Of a DNA stretch of 64,000 nucleotides, positions 58,781-64,000 are shown piece by piece; positions within the stretch are counted from its first letter, which is position 1; each line of letters starts with the position of its first letter. Under the pieces are notes generated by a model. The model was given only the letters and a program-made list of their open reading frames with translations, made no database searches and had not been told where the DNA came from. The translations under genes and the position numbers were made by a program. This stretch comes from Myxococcota bacterium (lineage in GTDB: Bacteria > Myxococcota_A > Polyangia > Nannocystales > Nannocystaceae): assembly GCA_039028615.1 (NCBI GenBank), contig JBCCHT010000002.1, forward strand, positions 64,001 through 128,000, read 5' to 3'.

Positions 58781-59446
58781 ATGAACGCTCCCGTCGATCG
58801 CCTCCGCGCCGACATGTCGACGCGACACGTCGTCGCCCTCGATGACACCCCTTGGGCCCCCTCCCCCGCGGTGGGGGTCGATCGCCGCATGCTCGACCGC
58901 GTGGGCCAAGAGGTCGCCCGGGCCACCAGCGTGGTGCGCTACGCCCCGGGCAGTCGCTTCGACGCCCACGAACACGCGCTCGGCGAGGAGTTTTTTGTGC
59001 TCGAAGGGACCTTCGCGGACGAGCACGGCCGCTATCCGGCGGGTACCTACGTCCGAAACCCTCCCGGATCTCGCCACGCGCCGTTCACCGAGGAGGGCTG
59101 CACCATCTTCGTGAAGCTACGGCAGTTCGAGACCACCGATCTGCAGCGCGTCGTCGTGTCGACCCGCGAGGCGGAGTTTTCCCGCGGCCAGGTCGAGGGC
59201 CTCACCGTGCTGCCGCTGCACGAGTACCAGGGCGTCAGCACGGCGCTGGTGCGCTGGGCCCCCGGCTGCCGCTTCGTGCCCCATCAACACTGGGGCGGCG
59301 AGGAGATATTGGTGCTCGAGGGCACCTTCGAAGACGAGCACGGGCAGTACCCCGCGGGCACGTGGATCCGTAGCCCGCATCGCAGCCAGCACGACCCCTT
59401 CTCGACGGAGGGGTGCCTCATCTATGTGAAGGTCGGACACCTGTAG
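58781..59446 (+). CDS. ChrR-like tandem cupin protein
   Basis: Two repeats of HxH..GEE..VLEGTF.DEHG.YPAGT..R.P..S.H.PF..EGC.I.VK. Confidence 0.88.
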   Translation: MNAPVDRLRADMSTRHVVALDDTPWAPSPAVGVDRRMLDRVGQEVARATSVVRYAPGSRFDAHEHALGEEFFVLEGTFADEHGRYPAGTYVRNPPGSRHAPFTEEGCTIFVKLRQFETTDLQRVVVSTREAEFSRGQVEGLTVLPLHEYQGVSTALVRWAPGCRFVPHQHWGGEEILVLEGTFEDEHGQYPAGTWIRSPHRSQHDPFSTEGCLIYVKVGHL

Positions 59447-59453
59447 CGCCGGC

Positions 59454-60719
59454 TCAGGCCAGCCACAGGTGCTTGATCTTCAGGTAGCAGCCCTCGCCGA
59501 AGGCGGGCGGCACGGGGAAGTCCCCGGGCAGGCCCAGCTCGCCGACCATCTTCGCCTCGCGACCGGCTCGCACCGCACCGCGACCGAGGGCGGACAGCAG
59601 CTCGCCTTCTTCGAGCTTGGCCGCGTTGCTGACCGCCAGCATCTCGCCGCCGGGAGCGACCACGCGCGCGGCGGCTTCCATCAGTTCTTCCCAGTCGCGC
59701 ATGGCGGAGAACACCTTGCCCTTGACGCGGGAAAACGGCGGCGGGTCCACGATGACCAGGTCCCACTGCTCGTCGCGCTGGCGCATGCGCTCGAGGAACT
59801 TGAACACGTCGCCGGTCAGCGCCTCGCAGGCCTCGGGATCCATGCCGGAGGCGGTGAGGTTCTGACGGCAGCGGGCGTGCGAGCGCGCGGCAGAGTCGAC
59901 GTTGACCACCCGGGTCGCACCGCCTCGGATCGCCCGCACCCCGAAGGACCCGGTGAACGAGAACAAGTTGAGCACCCGGCGCCCCTTGGACAGGCGCTCG
60001 GCGAGGCGTCGGCCCTCACGCAGATCGAGGAACAGGCCGGGCGAGACCGGCGCGGTCACGTCGACGATGAAGGTGAGGCCGTCCTCCTGCACCTTGACCT
60101 CGGGAGGCGCGGTCTTGCCCCCGAGGTGGAACGCGGGCGGCCGACGCTCATCGGCGACCACGCCCCGCACGCGGTCCTGCATATAGATGCCGGCCGGCGA
60201 CAGCTTGTCCTTCAAGATCGGCACGAGTCGCTCGAGGTAGGCCTCGGCCGCGCGCGAGTACTTGTAGATCAGCACGAACTCACCGAGGCGATCGACGGCG
60301 AGTCCGGGCAGGCCGTCGCCTTCGCCATGCACTAGGCGCATGGCGTTTTCGATCTCCGGTGAGGTCCGGGTCTTTCGAAATGCCAGCGCCGCATCGACGC
60401 GCCGCTCGATCTCCTCGTCCGTCCACGAAAACTGCTCCTCGCGGCTCACCATGCGAACGGCGATGGCGCCTTCGGGCTCGACGAGGCCCCAGCCGATGGG
60501 GCGTCCGTCTTCGTCGGTCACCGCGATGAGCTCGCCGGCGTCCTTGCCCTCGAGCGGGCGCATCAGCGAGTCGCGAAACACCCACGGGTGGCCCGAAGTC
60601 AGGGTCCGCGCCGCCCGGTAGGAGACCTTCACACCCCGGCCCCGAATGGTGGGGCGAGGGCGACCTCGACCGCCTCGAGGGGGGCCAGATCGACGGCGAT
60701 CGGAGGGGCTGCCGGGCAT
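59454..60719 (-). CDS. RlmI/RlmK-like SAM-dependent rRNA methyltransferase with PUA domain
   Basis: GHPWVF, HGEGDGLPGLAVD, GLFLDLRE, VLNLFSFTGSF, DPPPF. Confidence 0.85.
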   Translation of the reverse strand: MPGSPSDRRRSGPPRGGRGRPRPTIRGRGVKVSYRAARTLTSGHPWVFRDSLMRPLEGKDAGELIAVTDEDGRPIGWGLVEPEGAIAVRMVSREEQFSWTDEEIERRVDAALAFRKTRTSPEIENAMRLVHGEGDGLPGLAVDRLGEFVLIYKYSRAAEAYLERLVPILKDKLSPAGIYMQDRVRGVVADERRPPAFHLGGKTAPPEVKVQEDGLTFIVDVTAPVSPGLFLDLREGRRLAERLSKGRRVLNLFSFTGSFGVRAIRGGATRVVNVDSAARSHARCRQNLTASGMDPEACEALTGDVFKFLERMRQRDEQWDLVIVDPPPFSRVKGKVFSAMRDWEELMEAAARVVAPGGEMLAVSNAAKLEEGELLSALGRGAVRAGREAKMVGELGLPGDFPVPPAFGEGCYLKIKHLWLA

Positions 60720-60903
60720 GGCCGCGGACCATAGCCGAAAAGCCACCGGGGCAGCACGCCCCACCGTCAGGCGGGCCCTGACGGTGTATCCCCCGCCGTC
60801 TCGATTCGCCGCCAAAGGCCCGTACGGCCAGCTTTGCGCGGGTCGCTGCCCCCGCTACTCTGGGGCTGGCGCGCTGCGGCGCCGCGTAGGGGACCAAGCG
60901 TTC

Positions 60904-62616
<1,713 letters not shown>

Positions 62617-62731
62617 AGCGGTCGTCCCGAATCCGAGCATCGCCTACATCCGGGCCGCCGCGTTGGGTCGCTTGTTCGCGCCTGAGGAGCCTTTGTTGGT
62701 ATCCTAGGGCCGCCGCAGCCGCGGATCCGCG

Positions 62732-63826
62732 ATGGCGATCAACCTGCATCAGCTCCTCAAGGCCATGGTCGAGTCCGGTGCGACCGACCTCCACGTGACC
62801 ACGGGCTGCCCGCCCCTGCTGCGCATCGATGGCGACTTGGTGCCGCTCAAGACCGGAAAGATGACCCCGGTCGAGTCGCGCAACCTCTGCTACTCGGTGC
62901 TCTCCGACAAGCAAAAGCAGCGCTTCGAGGAAGACCAGGAGCTGGATTTCTCGTTTGGCGTCAAGGGCCTGGCCCGCTTCCGCGGCAACCTGTTCGTCCA
63001 GCGCGGTGCGACCTGCGCGGCGTTCCGGCTCATCCCCTACGAGATTCCGCCGCTCGAGCAGCTCGGCCTGCCCCCCGTGGTCAAGCGCCTCACCGAGGCC
63101 CCCCGCGGGCTGGTGCTGGTGACCGGCCCCACCGGGTCGGGCAAGAGCACCACGCTGGCCTCGATGATCAACCTCGTCAATCACTCGCGACGGGGTCACA
63201 TCATGACCATCGAGGACCCGATCGAGTACCTGCACCAGCACGGGACCTGCATCGTCAACCAGCGCGAGGTCGGACAGGACACCAAGAGCTTCAAGAACGC
63301 GCTCAAGTACGTGCTGCGGCAGGACCCCGACGTGGTGCTCCTGGGCGAGATGCGGGACCACGAGACGATGGAGGCCGCGCTCACCCTGGCCGAGACCGGT
63401 CACCTCACCCTGGGCACGCTGCACACCAACTCCGCGGTGCAGACCATCAACCGTGTCATCGACATGTTCCCCATGGCCCAGCAGACGCAGGTCCGCACCC
63501 AGCTGAGCTTCGTGCTCGAGGCGGTGCTGTGTCAGTCGCTGCTGCCCAAGGTCGGCGGAGGCCGGGCCTTGGCGGTCGAGGTCATGGTGCCCAACGACGC
63601 CATCCGGGCCCTGATCCGCGACGGCAAGCTGCACCAGATCTACTCGCAGATGCAGCTGGGCCAGGGCGTCCACGAGATGCAGACCTTCAACCAATCGCTG
63701 GCCGACCTGGTGCAGCGAAACCTGGTCTCGGGCGAGACCGCCATCCATCGCTCGAGCGACAAGGACGAGCTCCGCGGCATGCTCGAGCGCGGGCAGAACC
63801 TGCAGCAAGTCCAGCGGCGCCGCTAA
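62732..63826 (+). CDS. pilT: Type IV pilus retraction ATPase PilT
   Basis: GPTGSGKST, TIEDPIE, QRE, RQDPD, AIRALIRD (AIRNLIRE motif); sits between pilB and pilC. Confidence 0.93.
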   Translation: MAINLHQLLKAMVESGATDLHVTTGCPPLLRIDGDLVPLKTGKMTPVESRNLCYSVLSDKQKQRFEEDQELDFSFGVKGLARFRGNLFVQRGATCAAFRLIPYEIPPLEQLGLPPVVKRLTEAPRGLVLVTGPTGSGKSTTLASMINLVNHSRRGHIMTIEDPIEYLHQHGTCIVNQREVGQDTKSFKNALKYVLRQDPDVVLLGEMRDHETMEAALTLAETGHLTLGTLHTNSAVQTINRVIDMFPMAQQTQVRTQLSFVLEAVLCQSLLPKVGGGRALAVEVMVPNDAIRALIRDGKLHQIYSQMQLGQGVHEMQTFNQSLADLVQRNLVSGETAIHRSSDKDELRGMLERGQNLQQVQRRR

Positions 63827-63864
63827 CCCGCCCGACCCACCTCGAACGCTAGGGAACCACAACG

Positions 63865-64000
63865 ATGCCAGCCTATATCTGGGAAGCCACAACCAAGGCA
63901 GGAGAGTTCCGTAGCGGCACCTACGAGGCCGACAACGAGGAAGCGGTCGGCGAGCGCCTCCGCAGCCAGGGGCTGACCGTCACCAAGGTCAAGAAGAAGC
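63865..64000 (+). CDS. pilC: Type IV pilus platform protein PilC, 5' part (truncated by window end)
   Basis: MPAYIWEATTKAGEFRSGTYEADNEEAVGERLRSQGLTVTKVKKK; synteny with pilB-pilT. Confidence 0.8.
   Translation, partial: MPAYIWEATTKAGEFRSGTYEADNEEAVGERLRSQGLTVTKVKKK

Overview
High-GC chromosomal window that looks myxobacterial, probably Nannocystineae-like. The inference rests on a FrzS/AglZ-type pseudo-receiver protein, a bacN-bacO-bacP bactofilin triplet, pilB-pilT-pilC, a MYXO-CTERM-like protease, a Ser/Thr kinase-TPR protein and many Cys-rich lipoproteins. About 50 densely packed CDSs are present. I see no rRNA, tRNA, CRISPR array, integrase or transposase. Housekeeping genes include hflX, uppP, alaS, gshA, an rlmI-like methyltransferase and ada-alkA/ogt. 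The two most interesting loci are: (1) a 2878-aa protein with a sacsin/NO VEIN-type GHKL ATPase, about 12-13 degenerate ~105-135-aa repeats and a C-terminal transglutaminase/papain-like Cys-His-Asp domain, possibly a single-gene conflict/defence or remodelling machine; (2) a divergent pair of envelope lipoproteins, a Tat-signal carotenoid-cleavage-type dioxygenase and a RoxA-like di-heme cytochrome c, possibly an extracytoplasmic C=C-cleavage module. Several operator palindromes are visible directly (TetR, DesR-like, Fur-like). All product calls come from recalled motifs, not database searches, and some starts are re-picked from the ORF track.
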